DNA of 64,000 bases. It comes from an uncultured archaeon. Its GTDB lineage: Archaea > Nanobdellota > Nanobdellia > Pacearchaeales > GW2011-AR1. The DNA is taken from positions 216,825-280,824 of the forward strand of contig CAWJRC010000002.1 of the NCBI GenBank assembly GCA_963845205.1. The letters run 5' to 3'. The notes below the pieces were generated by a model that saw only the letters and a list, made by a program, of their open reading frames with translations, did no database searches and had not been told where the DNA came from. The first letter of the stretch is position 1. Every line of letters starts with the position of its first letter. The position numbers and the translations under genes were made by a program. Positions 18,863 through 28,437 of this stretch are shown one piece after another.

Positions 18863-19642
18863 ATGAACGAGGTGAAATCTTTTGATGTTCTGGGAAATAT
18901 TGCACTTATAAGATTCCCTAAAAATTCCAAAACTAAAGACAAAGAGAAATTTGCTAAAAAAATTCTAAAAAATAACAAATCAATAAAGACAATTTTGGAG
19001 AAGAAAGAGAAAATAAAAGGAAGGCTTAGAAAATTATCTACACAATTTATTGCAGGAGAAAACACTAAAGAAGTATTATACCGGGAAAATAATTGTGTTT
19101 TCAGATTTAATATAGACAAGACTTATTTTTCTCCGCGTTTGAGTAATGAAAGGAAAGAAATTGCATCGAAGATAAAAAAAGGCGATTTAGTCTTGGTTAT
19201 GTTTGCAGGAGTTGCACCGTTTTCAATAGTGATCGCAAAGAATTCCAAAGCAAAAAAAATTTATTCAAATGAACTTAACAGAGAAGCAAATAAATATGCA
19301 GAATTGAACATCGCTCTGAACAAAGTTAAGGATAAAATTCAGCTAGTCTCGGGAGATGCAAAAAAGATTGCAGATAAAATTAGGGGAAAATTTGATGTAA
19401 TTGTTATGCCCCGCCCGCAATTGAAAGATACATTTTTAGAATCTGCATTTAAGCTTAGCAAGAAAGGAACAAGAATTTATTATTATGATTTCTGCAAAGA
19501 AGATAAAATTGAGGATGTTAAGGAAAAAATTTGGACAGAAGCAAAAAAAGCAAGAAAGAGTATAAAAATTCTGAATATCAAAAAGGCAGGGGAAATAGCT
19601 CCTTACAAAATAAGATTACGCGTTGACTTTCAAATCTTATAA
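18863..19642 (+). CDS. trm5: Trm5/Tyw2-type tRNA methyltransferase (Met-10+ like)
   Basis: DVLGNIALIRFP, FSPRLSNER, VLVMFAGVAPFSI and NELN match the Trm5 pattern. Confidence 0.7.
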   Translation: MNEVKSFDVLGNIALIRFPKNSKTKDKEKFAKKILKNNKSIKTILEKKEKIKGRLRKLSTQFIAGENTKEVLYRENNCVFRFNIDKTYFSPRLSNERKEIASKIKKGDLVLVMFAGVAPFSIVIAKNSKAKKIYSNELNREANKYAELNIALNKVKDKIQLVSGDAKKIADKIRGKFDVIVMPRPQLKDTFLESAFKLSKKGTRIYYYDFCKEDKIEDVKEKIWTEAKKARKSIKILNIKKAGEIAPYKIRLRVDFQIL

Positions 19643-19705
19643 TTGTCTAAACTTTTTAATAATAACAATAGTAGGATTTATAAATAATATTCTAATATTT
19701 TTTTA

Positions 19706-20116
19706 ATGGGGAAACTTACAGAAATAGCAGAAAATTTTTATAATACAATAAAAAATCTTCCAAATAAACATCCTGAAGAACTTAATCTAATTAGTTCTGG
19801 ATTTGAGGAAATTTTAGGGGAGTACAGCAAATTGATGTATACCTCTTTTATTACAACCCATAAATATTCTAAGGGAATTAAAGGAAGACTCTGTTTATGG
19901 AAAGATTATATTCTTCCAGAATGGTATAACCTTTCATTGGAAAAAAATGCTGAAGAAGAAAAATTGGAAGTTAAAATTTCAAATCATCTTTTTAAAAGCA
20001 GATTAAGCATAAATGGCAGCAATGATGTAAAATTAGATGTTTGGTCTCCAAAATTTTCTACTATCCTAAGTTCTATTTTTGGAAATCGGATAAGAGCAGA
20101 ATTGAGAAAAAAATAA
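19706..20116 (+). CDS. hypothetical protein
   Basis: 136-aa ORF, no motif. Confidence 0.4.
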   Translation: MGKLTEIAENFYNTIKNLPNKHPEELNLISSGFEEILGEYSKLMYTSFITTHKYSKGIKGRLCLWKDYILPEWYNLSLEKNAEEEKLEVKISNHLFKSRLSINGSNDVKLDVWSPKFSTILSSIFGNRIRAELRKK

Positions 20117-20181
20117 ACCTTTCTTCGAAATATACTTTCTTCTGCAATTAATTTTATAAATTGGTTATTTTTTTATAAAAT

Positions 20182-21348
20182 ATGAAAAAAAGGCTGATTA
20201 GTTCTGAATCTGTTACAGAAGGACATCCTGATAAAATTTGTGACCAGATTTCTGATGCTATTCTTGATGATTTGCTTAGACAAGATAAGGATTCAAGAGT
20301 TGCTATTGAGACCTTAGTAACAACTGGAAGCGTTCATATTGCAGGAGAAGTTACAACAAAGGGATTTTGTGATTTCCAAAAAGTTGCAAAAGATACTTTA
20401 GAAAAAATTGGTTATACTGATCCTGAATTCGGAATGGATTATGGAGATGCCGGGATTTGGAGTTCTATACATTCACAAAGCTCAGATATTGCGCAAGGAG
20501 TTAATTCTGATAATCATGAACAGGGAGCAGGAGACCAAGGAATGATGTATGGTTTTGCTTGCAATGAGACCTCTGAACTTATGCCTATGCCAATAATTCT
20601 TGCCCATAGATTAACAAGTAAACTTGCAGGAGTAAGAAAAGAGGGGATTATTCCTTACCTTGGACCAGATGGAAAATCACAAGTTACAATTGAATATGAA
20701 GGTAATGTCCCTAAACGACTTGAGGCGATTGTAATTGCACAACAACATAAAAAAGATATTTCAGAAGAAGAACTTAAAGAAAATATTTTGGAAAGAGTAA
20801 TATATCCCTTATGTGGGGATAAGATAGACAAAGATACAAAACTTCATATTAATGCAACAGGAGCATTTATTATTGGGGGACCTGAAGGAGACACGGGAGT
20901 TACAGGAAGAAAAATTATTGTTGATTCTTACGGCGGAGTTGGAAGACATGGTGGAGGAGCTTTTTCCGGAAAAGATCCAAGCAAAGTTGACAGGAGCGGA
21001 GCTTATGCTGCAAGATATATTGCAAAAAATATTGTCGCATCTGGGTTAGCAGATAAATGTGAAGTTCAGTTAAGTTACGCAATTGGAGTAGCTAAACCAA
21101 TTGGAATTAATGTTGATTGCTTTGGAACAAATAGAATTTCAGAAGAAAAAATTGAGGATCTAATACAAACTTACTTTCCGCTTAAACCTGCAGATATTAT
21201 TAATGAATTAAAATTGAAAAATCCTATCTATTTACCAACTGCAGCATATGGACATTTTGGCAGGAATCCTGAAACGAAAAATAACTTGGAATTTTTTACT
21301 TGGGAAAAAACTGATAAGGCTGGTTTATTAAAATCGTCCCTTGACTAA
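20182..21348 (+). CDS. metK: S-adenosylmethionine synthetase, bacterial/eukaryal MetK type
   Basis: [64 protein letters not shown] and [10 protein letters not shown]. Confidence 0.95.
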   Translation: MKKRLISSESVTEGHPDKICDQISDAILDDLLRQDKDSRVAIETLVTTGSVHIAGEVTTKGFCDFQKVAKDTLEKIGYTDPEFGMDYGDAGIWSSIHSQSSDIAQGVNSDNHEQGAGDQGMMYGFACNETSELMPMPIILAHRLTSKLAGVRKEGIIPYLGPDGKSQVTIEYEGNVPKRLEAIVIAQQHKKDISEEELKENILERVIYPLCGDKIDKDTKLHINATGAFIIGGPEGDTGVTGRKIIVDSYGGVGRHGGGAFSGKDPSKVDRSGAYAARYIAKNIVASGLADKCEVQLSYAIGVAKPIGINVDCFGTNRISEEKIEDLIQTYFPLKPADIINELKLKNPIYLPTAAYGHFGRNPETKNNLEFFTWEKTDKAGLLKSSLD

Positions 21349-21351
21349 AAA

Positions 21352-22521
21352 TTACAATTTTAAGTATTCAATCTCATCTTCTTCTAATTTAAGTTCTTTC
21401 TGAATTTCAGGATTTGACTTTATAATCTGTTTTATTATCGGAAATTCATTCATGGCTCGCTTTTGGCTTACATGAACATAATGCGAATATTTTTCACATA
21501 TAGTTTTTTTCTGTATTGTTTTTTGATTGTTCATCCATATTTGAAGAATCCTAGTCGGTTTTTTGTAGCTGGTAAATCCTGTTTTTGGTTTTTTCTTTGA
21601 TGACGCAATTCCATAACTCAAAAAAATATTTTCATAAAGCAAAAATCTCCAATATTGCTGCTTGTAAATCCTTCCCTTAAAGATATCCGCTTTGCTGAGT
21701 AAATCATATGCTCTTGCAAGTTCTTCTCCGGAATATTCTGTTGGTATGTTTTCTTCAAGCCACAAGATTATATCATCAATAGACATGTTTACAGAATCAA
21801 ACATACTAAGCATATCATTTGAAGGTTTTTCCTTGAAGATTCTTCTTAATGAGTTAAAAATATCTGTTTCCTTATTTCTCTCGTCAAGAATTATAGAAAA
21901 ATAATCTTTTAATTTTGATAAAGTTTGTAGATCATTTATAGCAGCTCTTAAATCCCCTTTAGCTTTTACTGCAAGTTCCGTAAGAAAATCTTCATCAATT
22001 ACAAGATTTTCTTTTTTAGAAATTTCTGAGATTACTGATTTTATTACATTATATGTAATTTCTTTTAACTGAAGCATTTCGCATTTTTTTCTCAATGCAT
22101 TGAACTTCCTGTTCCATATATCATTGGCAGTGATTATCATCGGGTAAGTAGTTGTTCCTATTATATCCAAAAGTTCACTTAATCCCCCGTAATCATATTC
22201 AGAGATCCCATCAACTTCATCAACAAGAATTATCTTGCTTTCATTTTTCAAAGATTTTTGTTCTACTGCAGGCCTTAATATCTCCCTTAATTTTTCTTTA
22301 TTCCTTAGATCAGAAGCATTCAATTCGAAAATTTCAGAATTTATTTCGTTTGCTGCTGCATGTGCAATGCTTGTTTTTCCTGTTCCGGGCGGGCCATACA
22401 AAATTATCGCATTTTTCTTTTTGCTGAAATTTTTTATGAAATCATTTACTTTTATAACTGCCTCATCTTGTCCTTTTATTTCTTCAAGTTTTTTAGGGCG
22501 ATATTTTTCAGTCCATGTCAT
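21352..22521 (-). CDS. rfcL: replication factor C large subunit
   Basis: [34 protein letters not shown], plus a C-terminal helical domain. Confidence 0.85.
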   Translation of the reverse strand: MTWTEKYRPKKLEEIKGQDEAVIKVNDFIKNFSKKKNAIILYGPPGTGKTSIAHAAANEINSEIFELNASDLRNKEKLREILRPAVEQKSLKNESKIILVDEVDGISEYDYGGLSELLDIIGTTTYPMIITANDIWNRKFNALRKKCEMLQLKEITYNVIKSVISEISKKENLVIDEDFLTELAVKAKGDLRAAINDLQTLSKLKDYFSIILDERNKETDIFNSLRRIFKEKPSNDMLSMFDSVNMSIDDIILWLEENIPTEYSGEELARAYDLLSKADIFKGRIYKQQYWRFLLYENIFLSYGIASSKKKPKTGFTSYKKPTRILQIWMNNQKTIQKKTICEKYSHYVHVSQKRAMNEFPIIKQIIKSNPEIQKELKLEEDEIEYLKL

Positions 22522-22522
22522 C

Positions 22523-22936
22523 TTATTTAGGTAAAGAATATTTTTGTTTAATTAAATTTTTAATAGGAAGAAATAAGGGGGTTGGGAGATAACCCCAATC
22601 AAACCATCCAATTTCTTCGCATTTTTCTGGTTCCAATATTCTCGGTTCTCCAGAAATGTATTTTGCTTCTATGTAAAGAGTAATATAATGCTTTTTCTCT
22701 TTTTTAAAAAAATCATTTGTTATCGCGATCGGCTCTTTGTTAATTACATCAATTTCTAACCCTGTTTCTTCTTTTGTTTCCCTTTTTGCACATTCTTCGA
22801 AGGTTTCAAAAAATTCTAAATGACCTCCAGGAAAAGACCATTCTCCTGCACCATGCGATCCTTTTCTTTTTAAGAGCAAAACTTTATTTTCTTTTAAAAC
22901 AATAACACCTAACCCGACCTTTGGTCTATCCTCCAT
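22523..22936 (-). CDS. NUDIX hydrolase (MutT-like)
   Basis: Nudix box GGHLEFFETFEECAKRETKEETGL. Start moved to the internal Met (MEDRPKVGLG) because the longer ORF overlaps rfcS by 77 nt. Confidence 0.8.
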   Translation of the reverse strand: MEDRPKVGLGVIVLKENKVLLLKRKGSHGAGEWSFPGGHLEFFETFEECAKRETKEETGLEIDVINKEPIAITNDFFKKEKKHYITLYIEAKYISGEPRILEPEKCEEIGWFDWGYLPTPLFLPIKNLIKQKYSLPK

Positions 22937-22937
22937 T

Positions 22938-23900
22938 TTATTCCTTTCCCAAACCAGCAAGAACAAAACTTGCGAGTAGAGACTGCAACTGGATAAATGG
23001 GTCGCTTCCTTCAACTATCCTAAATTCAACTTCACCTGTTTTTTCTGTAAGCTTAACTTTAATTGTCGGTTCTACCGGAAGATTCCAAATTTCTTTTTGA
23101 ATTGCTTTTATAACATCCTGTCCTGAAATGCTCTCCTTTAACATCATATCAAGAAGTTTTTCTTTTGCTTTTTGGAAATCTCCTGAAATTGCGTAATCAA
23201 GAACAACTTTGACATCTTTAGGTTTTGTGTTTGAGATTATTGTAGCAACTAACTCGGGGGTTATTGATGGAGAAATTGAAGCTGTTGACTGGAGAATATT
23301 AATGCATCTACGGCAATCTCCTTCGCAGCCTTCGTATAAAATTTCAACTGCAGCCGGACTTGTTGTAAGCTTCTCAGCTTCAGAAATTTTGTAAATTACT
23401 TTTTCGATATCTTTCTTTTCAAGAAGCTTAAATTTAAAGATTGCACAACGAGACTGGATAGGATCAATGATTTTGCTTGAATAGTTGCAAGATAAGATAA
23501 AACGGCAGGTTGTTGAATAATTCTCCATTGTTCTTCTTAATGCTTGCTGAGCTTCTGGAGTCAAAGCATCAGCTTCATCCAAGAAAATTATTTTAAAAGG
23601 AATATTTCCAAGAGATTTTGTTCTGGCAAAATTTTTTACTTTTTCTCTTACTACATTTATTCCTCTTTCGTCAGAAGCGTTTAATTCAAGGTAATTTTCT
23701 TTCCAATTCTCCTTATATAACTCTTTTACTACAATCAGCGCTAAAGTCGATTTTCCTGTTCCTGCTGGACCTGCGAATAACATATGGGGGATGTTCATCG
23801 AATTTGTAAGAGCTTCGACTCTTTTTACGGAATTATCCTGCCCTACAATTTCAGAGAATTTAGAAGGACGATATCTTTCAGTCCATATACTGCTTGTCAT
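22938..23900 (-). CDS. rfcS: replication factor C small subunit
   Basis: WTERYRPSKFSEIVGQ, FAGPAGTGKST, IFLDEADALT, SCNYSSKIIDPIQSRC (SRC motif). Confidence 0.95.
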   Translation of the reverse strand: MTSSIWTERYRPSKFSEIVGQDNSVKRVEALTNSMNIPHMLFAGPAGTGKSTLALIVVKELYKENWKENYLELNASDERGINVVREKVKNFARTKSLGNIPFKIIFLDEADALTPEAQQALRRTMENYSTTCRFILSCNYSSKIIDPIQSRCAIFKFKLLEKKDIEKVIYKISEAEKLTTSPAAVEILYEGCEGDCRRCINILQSTASISPSITPELVATIISNTKPKDVKVVLDYAISGDFQKAKEKLLDMMLKESISGQDVIKAIQKEIWNLPVEPTIKVKLTEKTGEVEFRIVEGSDPFIQLQSLLASFVLAGLGKE

Positions 23901-23962
23901 AATAGGATATTTTCAATTTAACTTATAAAGATTATTGTGATAAATTTAGAAATTATATCTTT

Positions 23963-24079
23963 TTACTTAGCTCTTTCTTTTCTTACTTTTCTTTTATGCT
24001 TTTCCTTTCTAAGTCGCTTTCTTTGCCATTTCCATCGCATTTGCCTTTTCTTTTTCCATCTACGGCTTGATCGTTTCAT
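23963..24079 (-). CDS. rpl41e: ribosomal protein eL41 (L41e)-like 38-aa basic peptide
   Basis: Hand translation: MKRSSRRWKKKRQMRWKWQRKRLRKEKHKRKVRKERAK. The RWKKKR..R..KRK pattern is typical of eL41. Below the ORF-track size cutoff. Confidence 0.55.
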   Translation of the reverse strand: MKRSSRRWKKKRQMRWKWQRKRLRKEKHKRKVRKERAK

Positions 24080-24167
24080 ATTAGGACTAGAAAAAGTCGG
24101 TTTTTAAAGATTTTTGTCTGTGTTTTTGTATGATAATACTTTTAAAGGATAATCTTTAAAACTTTTT

Positions 24168-24440
24168 ATGGCTAAGGAAGAAGTAAAAAAAGTTTATTGC
24201 CAATATTGCGGGACAGATTTAACTGATATTGGCGGAGATATTTCCGATAAGGGTAAAATTTATTGTCCTGAACCCAGAGACGGTTTTCCTATTTTATGCC
24301 TTGAATTAAGTGTTTTTAATGATCCAAGCCAAGGAATGCTTATCGGGAATTATTTTGGTCCCAAAGAAGTACAAAGGGAAATAAAAAAGGGTAAATTAGT
24401 TCATTTTACTTTAGAAGAATCAGTTAAAAAATTATCTTAA
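24168..24440 (+). CDS. hypothetical small protein with CxxC...C Zn-ribbon-like N-terminus
   Basis: 90 aa, YCQYCGTDL...IYCPEP. Confidence 0.4.
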   Translation: MAKEEVKKVYCQYCGTDLTDIGGDISDKGKIYCPEPRDGFPILCLELSVFNDPSQGMLIGNYFGPKEVQREIKKGKLVHFTLEESVKKLS

Positions 24441-24442
24441 TT

Positions 24443-25102
24443 TTATCTGTGTCTTATAACGCCGATTCTTGGGCAATATTTATTTATTGGGCATGTAGAA
24501 CATAGGGGAGAAATCGGTTGGCATATTGTTTTTCCGAATTGTACAAAGATCGAATTGAATTCTGTCCAATATTTTTTTGGAAGAATCTTATTTAATTCAG
24601 CTTCTGTCTGTTCTGGAGTCTTTGTTTTAATCCAGCCTAGGCGGTTTGGAATTCTGTGACAATGCGTGTCTATCGGTAGAACTTTTTTCCCGAATGCAAA
24701 TGCAAGAACTATATTCGCTGTTTTTGGGCCAATTCCCTTCATGCTCATTAATTCTTCTCTTGTTTTAGGAACTTTCCCATCAAATTCTTCTATCAAAATC
24801 TTTGAAACATGTTTAAGTGTTCTTGCTTTATTTCTGTAATACCCTGAAGAATAAATTAATTTTTCTAACTTCCCTAAAGGCAAAGCTAGAATTTTTTTGG
24901 GAGTATCTGCAACGGCAAAAAGTTTTTCAGAAGCAATTTCTGTGTTTTTGTCCTGTGTCCTTAACGAAAGTAAGCAGGAAATTAATATTTTAAATGCGTC
25001 AGGATTTTTCCGCATTTTGTTTAATGTGGTTTTAGCAACTGGAAAATTCTTTTCAAGAATCTTCATTACTTCTTCTATCTTATAAGAAATATTTTTATTC
25101 AT
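24443..25102 (-). CDS. nth: endonuclease III (HhH-GPD glycosylase with 4Fe-4S cluster)
   Basis: LLSLRTQD, GIGPKTANIVL (HhH), PIDTH, and CQPISPLCSTCPINKYC (Cx6Cx2Cx5C). Confidence 0.9.
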   Translation of the reverse strand: MNKNISYKIEEVMKILEKNFPVAKTTLNKMRKNPDAFKILISCLLSLRTQDKNTEIASEKLFAVADTPKKILALPLGKLEKLIYSSGYYRNKARTLKHVSKILIEEFDGKVPKTREELMSMKGIGPKTANIVLAFAFGKKVLPIDTHCHRIPNRLGWIKTKTPEQTEAELNKILPKKYWTEFNSIFVQFGKTICQPISPLCSTCPINKYCPRIGVIRHR

Positions 25103-25668
25103 TTTTTAATAATTTCGCCGAAAGTTTCTCCAAAAATTCCTGTCGCATTTCCCTCATCGGTGTCGAGATGCAATGACAATCTGTAATTTTCGGAACTTCT
25201 TACAATAATATTATGAAAAGTAATCTCTCTTACTCCCTTAACTTTTATCGAAATTCTTTGATCATTTTTTAATTTTAATTCTTTTGCTTCCTTATTAGAA
25301 CAATGCAGATGTCTTTGTGCAATTATGCAGGGAATTTTTATTGATGATTTCGGGCCTTTGACTAAAATTTTTGTTGTATCTACAAGATCTCCCGAAACTC
25401 TTATTTTTGGCAAAGGTTTTAACTTTAAGTTATAAGAATCGGTTATTGCAATTTCGGCTTGGGAGCTTTTTCTGAATGGCCCTAGAATTCTGACATTTTT
25501 TATCTCTTTTTTTTCACCTATTAAAGTTAGCATTTCCTGCGATGCAAATTCTCCGGGCTGAGAAAGATTTTTGATTTCAGTTAAACTTTTATTTTTCCCG
25601 AATAATTTTTCAAAATCCTCTTGTGATAAATGAATATGCCTTGCCGAAATTTCTACTGGAATTTTCAT
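25099..25668 (-). CDS. pduL: PduL-type phosphate acyltransferase (phosphotransacetylase/propanoyltransferase)
   Basis: Duplicated PduL signature: VEISARHIHLSQEDFEKLFG and CIIAQRHLHCSNKEA. 4-nt overlap with nth. Confidence 0.8.
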   Translation of the reverse strand: MKIPVEISARHIHLSQEDFEKLFGKNKSLTEIKNLSQPGEFASQEMLTLIGEKKEIKNVRILGPFRKSSQAEIAITDSYNLKLKPLPKIRVSGDLVDTTKILVKGPKSSIKIPCIIAQRHLHCSNKEAKELKLKNDQRISIKVKGVREITFHNIIVRSSENYRLSLHLDTDEGNATGIFGETFGEIIKK

Positions 25669-25690
25669 TTTAACATAAATTCTTTGCAGT

Positions 25691-26740
25691 TTATAAAATT
25701 TTCAAAACTTCTTCTAACACCATTTTTTCTTCATTTGTTTTTTTGACAAAAACTTTCACCTTTGATTTTTTTGAGGAGATAATTTCTAAATTGGATTTAT
25801 TTTTATTTTTATCAATTTCAATCCCGAGAAATTTAAAATTAGAACAGATATCTTCACGTAATTTTGGAACGTTTTCCCCAATTGCTGCTGTAAAAACCAA
25901 ATTGTTTAATCCATTCAAAACTGCGATATAAGAACCAATCATTTTTACAATACTGTAAATGAAAAGATCATAGGCGAGTTTGCAATCTTTGTTTTTATTC
26001 ATCCTCAATAATATATCCCTAAAGTCATTAAATTTCGTCAGTCCTTTTAATCCAGATTTTTCTGTTAGTATTTCTTTCATATTATATCCCTTTTTTTCCA
26101 AAAAGAAGATTATTCCCGGATCTATTGTTCCTGAACGTGTCCCCATAATCAATCCTTCTAAGGGTGTAAAACCCATACTTGTGTCAAGCGGTTTTCCATT
26201 TAGGATTGCAGAAATGCTTGAACCTGAACCTAAATGGCAAGTTATTGTTTTCCCACTTAGATTTTTTGAGACATATCCATGAGATAAACCATGAAATCCA
26301 TATTTTCTTATTCTGTATTTTTTTGTTATCTCTTTGGGTATTGCGTAAATTTTAGCAACTTCAGGTATATCAAAGAAAAATGTTGTATCAAAAACTGCAT
26401 ATTGAGGCTTTTTGTAAACTTCACATAATTCAATTACTAAAAGTTGTTTTGGATTATGCAGGGGGGCCAATTCAGAATTGTTCTTTATTTCTTCCTTTAC
26501 TTCTCCTGTTATCCTACACGGTTTTTTCAAATTTCCCCCATGAACGACTCTATGTGCAATTAAGTCAATTTTTTTTGTGTTGAATCTCATGAAAATTTTT
26601 TTTACTGCTTTGTCATAATCTTCTTTTGTTTTTAATCTCTCAAAATTTCCAGAATCAATTAAATTTGAATCTTCAAAAAAACTATATTTTACGCTAGAAC
26701 TTCCCACATTGAATACAAGAATGTTCCCCCTTTTTTTCAT
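25691..26740 (-). CDS. ackA: acetate (short-chain acyl) kinase, shorter than usual at 349 aa
   Basis: VFNVGSSSVKYS, HRVVHGG, FDTTFF, YGFHGLSH, HLGSGSSISA, DTSMGFTPLEGLIMGTRSGTIDPG and FTAAIGEN. Confidence 0.9.
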   Translation of the reverse strand: MKKRGNILVFNVGSSSVKYSFFEDSNLIDSGNFERLKTKEDYDKAVKKIFMRFNTKKIDLIAHRVVHGGNLKKPCRITGEVKEEIKNNSELAPLHNPKQLLVIELCEVYKKPQYAVFDTTFFFDIPEVAKIYAIPKEITKKYRIRKYGFHGLSHGYVSKNLSGKTITCHLGSGSSISAILNGKPLDTSMGFTPLEGLIMGTRSGTIDPGIIFFLEKKGYNMKEILTEKSGLKGLTKFNDFRDILLRMNKNKDCKLAYDLFIYSIVKMIGSYIAVLNGLNNLVFTAAIGENVPKLREDICSNFKFLGIEIDKNKNKSNLEIISSKKSKVKVFVKKTNEEKMVLEEVLKIL

Positions 26741-26825
26741 AAATATTTTAATTGAATATTCTTTTTAAGCTTTGATAATTTACAAAAGCTTTTAAGTTTT
26801 AATATGCTTTTAAAATAAAGAGGCG

Positions 26826-27293
26826 ATGGGATTATTTGGAAATTTTCTGAAAGAGTACGTTGATCGTTTAGGAATTCCTATGCTTATTATCTTTACACTT
26901 TCAATTGTACAAGTTGTTCTTTCGGTTTTTTGGCAATCATTTTCTTTTATGGGCCAGATTGAAATATCTTCTAATCTTTATTTTCTTAAGTATAATCTTA
27001 TGAATCCGTTTTTTATGATTGAATTTTTTGAATTTTTTGTTGTATTTTGCTTTGGATTTTATCTTGCAAAAAAGAAATTCAAATTGAGAAATAACATTGT
27101 TGCAGGAATTGTTCTTTATTTTTCTTCTATACCCTCAATATTCTTTATTATCTTAATATTTCCTGTAGGAATACAATTGACTCTTAAATTATTCTGTATT
27201 GTAATTATTTTTGTAACCAATTTTTTATTTTTTATTTTGGCTTCTGTTTCGGGGGGAATTATTGGAAAATTATTTTTGAAACTAAAGGATTAA
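26826..27293 (+). CDS. small polytopic membrane protein
   Basis: 155 aa with 4-5 hydrophobic segments. Its stop codon TAA is the first 3 nt of the 23-bp att-like repeat. Confidence 0.5.
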   Translation: MGLFGNFLKEYVDRLGIPMLIIFTLSIVQVVLSVFWQSFSFMGQIEISSNLYFLKYNLMNPFFMIEFFEFFVVFCFGFYLAKKKFKLRNNIVAGIVLYFSSIPSIFFIILIFPVGIQLTLKLFCIVIIFVTNFLFFILASVSGGIIGKLFLKLKD

Positions 27294-27313
27294 TGCCCCC
27301 GCCGAGATTTGAA
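27291..27313. repeat. distal att-like direct repeat: copy of the tRNA-Glu 3' end (TAATGCCCCCGCCGAGATTTGAA)
   Basis: 23/23 identity with 30442-30464, same orientation, GC-rich in an AT-rich context. Confidence 0.85.
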
Positions 27314-27362
27314 AATGGGATTGAAAACCCAACCCGAGATAGTTTTGCTCATATATGGAGGA

Positions 27363-27757
27363 TTAAACCTTAGAATCCTCTACAACCTTCTTAGTAATCT
27401 TTATTGTTTCAGAACAGCATTGAACTAGCTCATTTGTTCTTGGTTTTGGAAAAGCACAAAAAACTATCTTTTTCTTTAAATGAGTTACAATATATCTAAT
27501 TGCAGGACAAAAATCTGCATTACTGCTAAAGAGCAAAGCTTTATCATACTTATTACTTAATGCGTCAAGTAAGAGATTTATTGCTAGATTAACATCTACA
27601 CCTTTTTCTGTAGACTTATAGGTATCAGAAAGTTTTATCTTTTTGTCACATTTTGGACAAGAGAGGTTATCTGCTTCTTGGACGCCACATTTATTACAAG
27701 TTATATTTATTTTGTTAAGCGGTCTTCTGACAAGATTCCCTAAATGAATTTGAATCA
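27363..27757 (-). pseudogene. NYN/LabA-like (DUF88) domain fragment with inserted Zn ribbon; N-terminus and start codon missing
   Basis: Hand translation: ...CNKCGVQEADNLSCPKC...TEKGVDVNLAINLLLDAL...LLFSSNADFCPAIRYIV...IVFCAF. The open frame has no Met and lacks the N-terminal half of the domain. Confidence 0.5.
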
Positions 27758-27760
27758 GAG

Positions 27761-28078
27761 ATGATAAAAAAAGATAAAAATAAATGGGATAAAGAAGAAA
27801 AAAAGCATTATAATCAATTAATTCTTTTCCTTAAGAAGATAACAAAAAATCCTGATAAAGACAAATCAATATTAATAATTGCTCATGGAATAACTAATAG
27901 AATAATCTTATCTTATTTTCTAGATTTAGAAATAAAAAAGTTGGTACAATTTAGACAATCTGAAGCGGGGCTTAACTCCATTTATTGGGTCGGAAAATTC
28001 AAGAATTGGAGATTGAAAATTTGGAATGATAATAATCACATTCCAAAAAGATTGAGATATAGCAAATTTAGTTATTAA
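27761..28078 (+). pseudogene. C-terminal fragment of a histidine phosphatase (phosphoglycerate-mutase family)
   Basis: ILIIAHGITNRIILSYFL...SEAGLNSIYW is the second-His (HG) half. The N-terminal RHG motif is absent. Confidence 0.5.
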
Positions 28079-28251
28079 TCTTTTTTTTGAAAAACCATTA
28101 TCGCCTTTGGAGGAAAGATATCCAGATTAACTGAATTTTCCTTGATAAATTCAGATTTTATCTGTTTCATGCCAGATTTTTCAAATATCTTTTTCCCTTC
28201 TTCCATAGTTTTATAATTGTAAAGAAGAATGCCCCCGTAAATTAAATTATC

Positions 28252-28437
28252 TTATAGACTATAACAAGGTCCTTCTCCATGACAAGGTTGATTACAGATA
28301 CAATCACAAGTATCACAAAAACAACTTTGGTCATATGTTTCGTTCTTTAAATCATATTTGGCACCAGCAAGAACTTGTGCCCCTTCTAATGATTTTAAAA
28401 TCTTTGAATCAATTTTTTTAATATTTTCTAGGCTCAT
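28252..28437 (-). CDS. Cys-rich 61-aa candidate precursor peptide
   Basis: Hydrophilic leader MSLENIKKIDSKILKSLEGAQVLAGAKYDLKNETYDQ, then SCFCDTCDCICNQPCHGEGPCYSL with 7 Cys in 24 residues. Start overlaps the stop of the upstream peptidase gene by 4 nt. Confidence 0.6.
   Translation of the reverse strand: MSLENIKKIDSKILKSLEGAQVLAGAKYDLKNETYDQSCFCDTCDCICNQPCHGEGPCYSL

Noticed and set aside
22937-23014. N-terminal 26-codon extension of the NUDIX ORF (track start 23014)
   Set aside because: It would overlap rfcS by 77 nt. The internal Met at 22936 gives a 1-nt spacing and a normal NUDIX N-terminus.
28075-28206. 43-codon minus-strand ORF (MEEGKKIFEKSGMKQIK...) downstream of the Cys-rich peptide gene
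   Set aside because: It has no motif, overlaps the end of the histidine-phosphatase fragment, and lies on the debris side of the partial att copy. It is probably another gene remnant, and the evidence is insufficient to call it.
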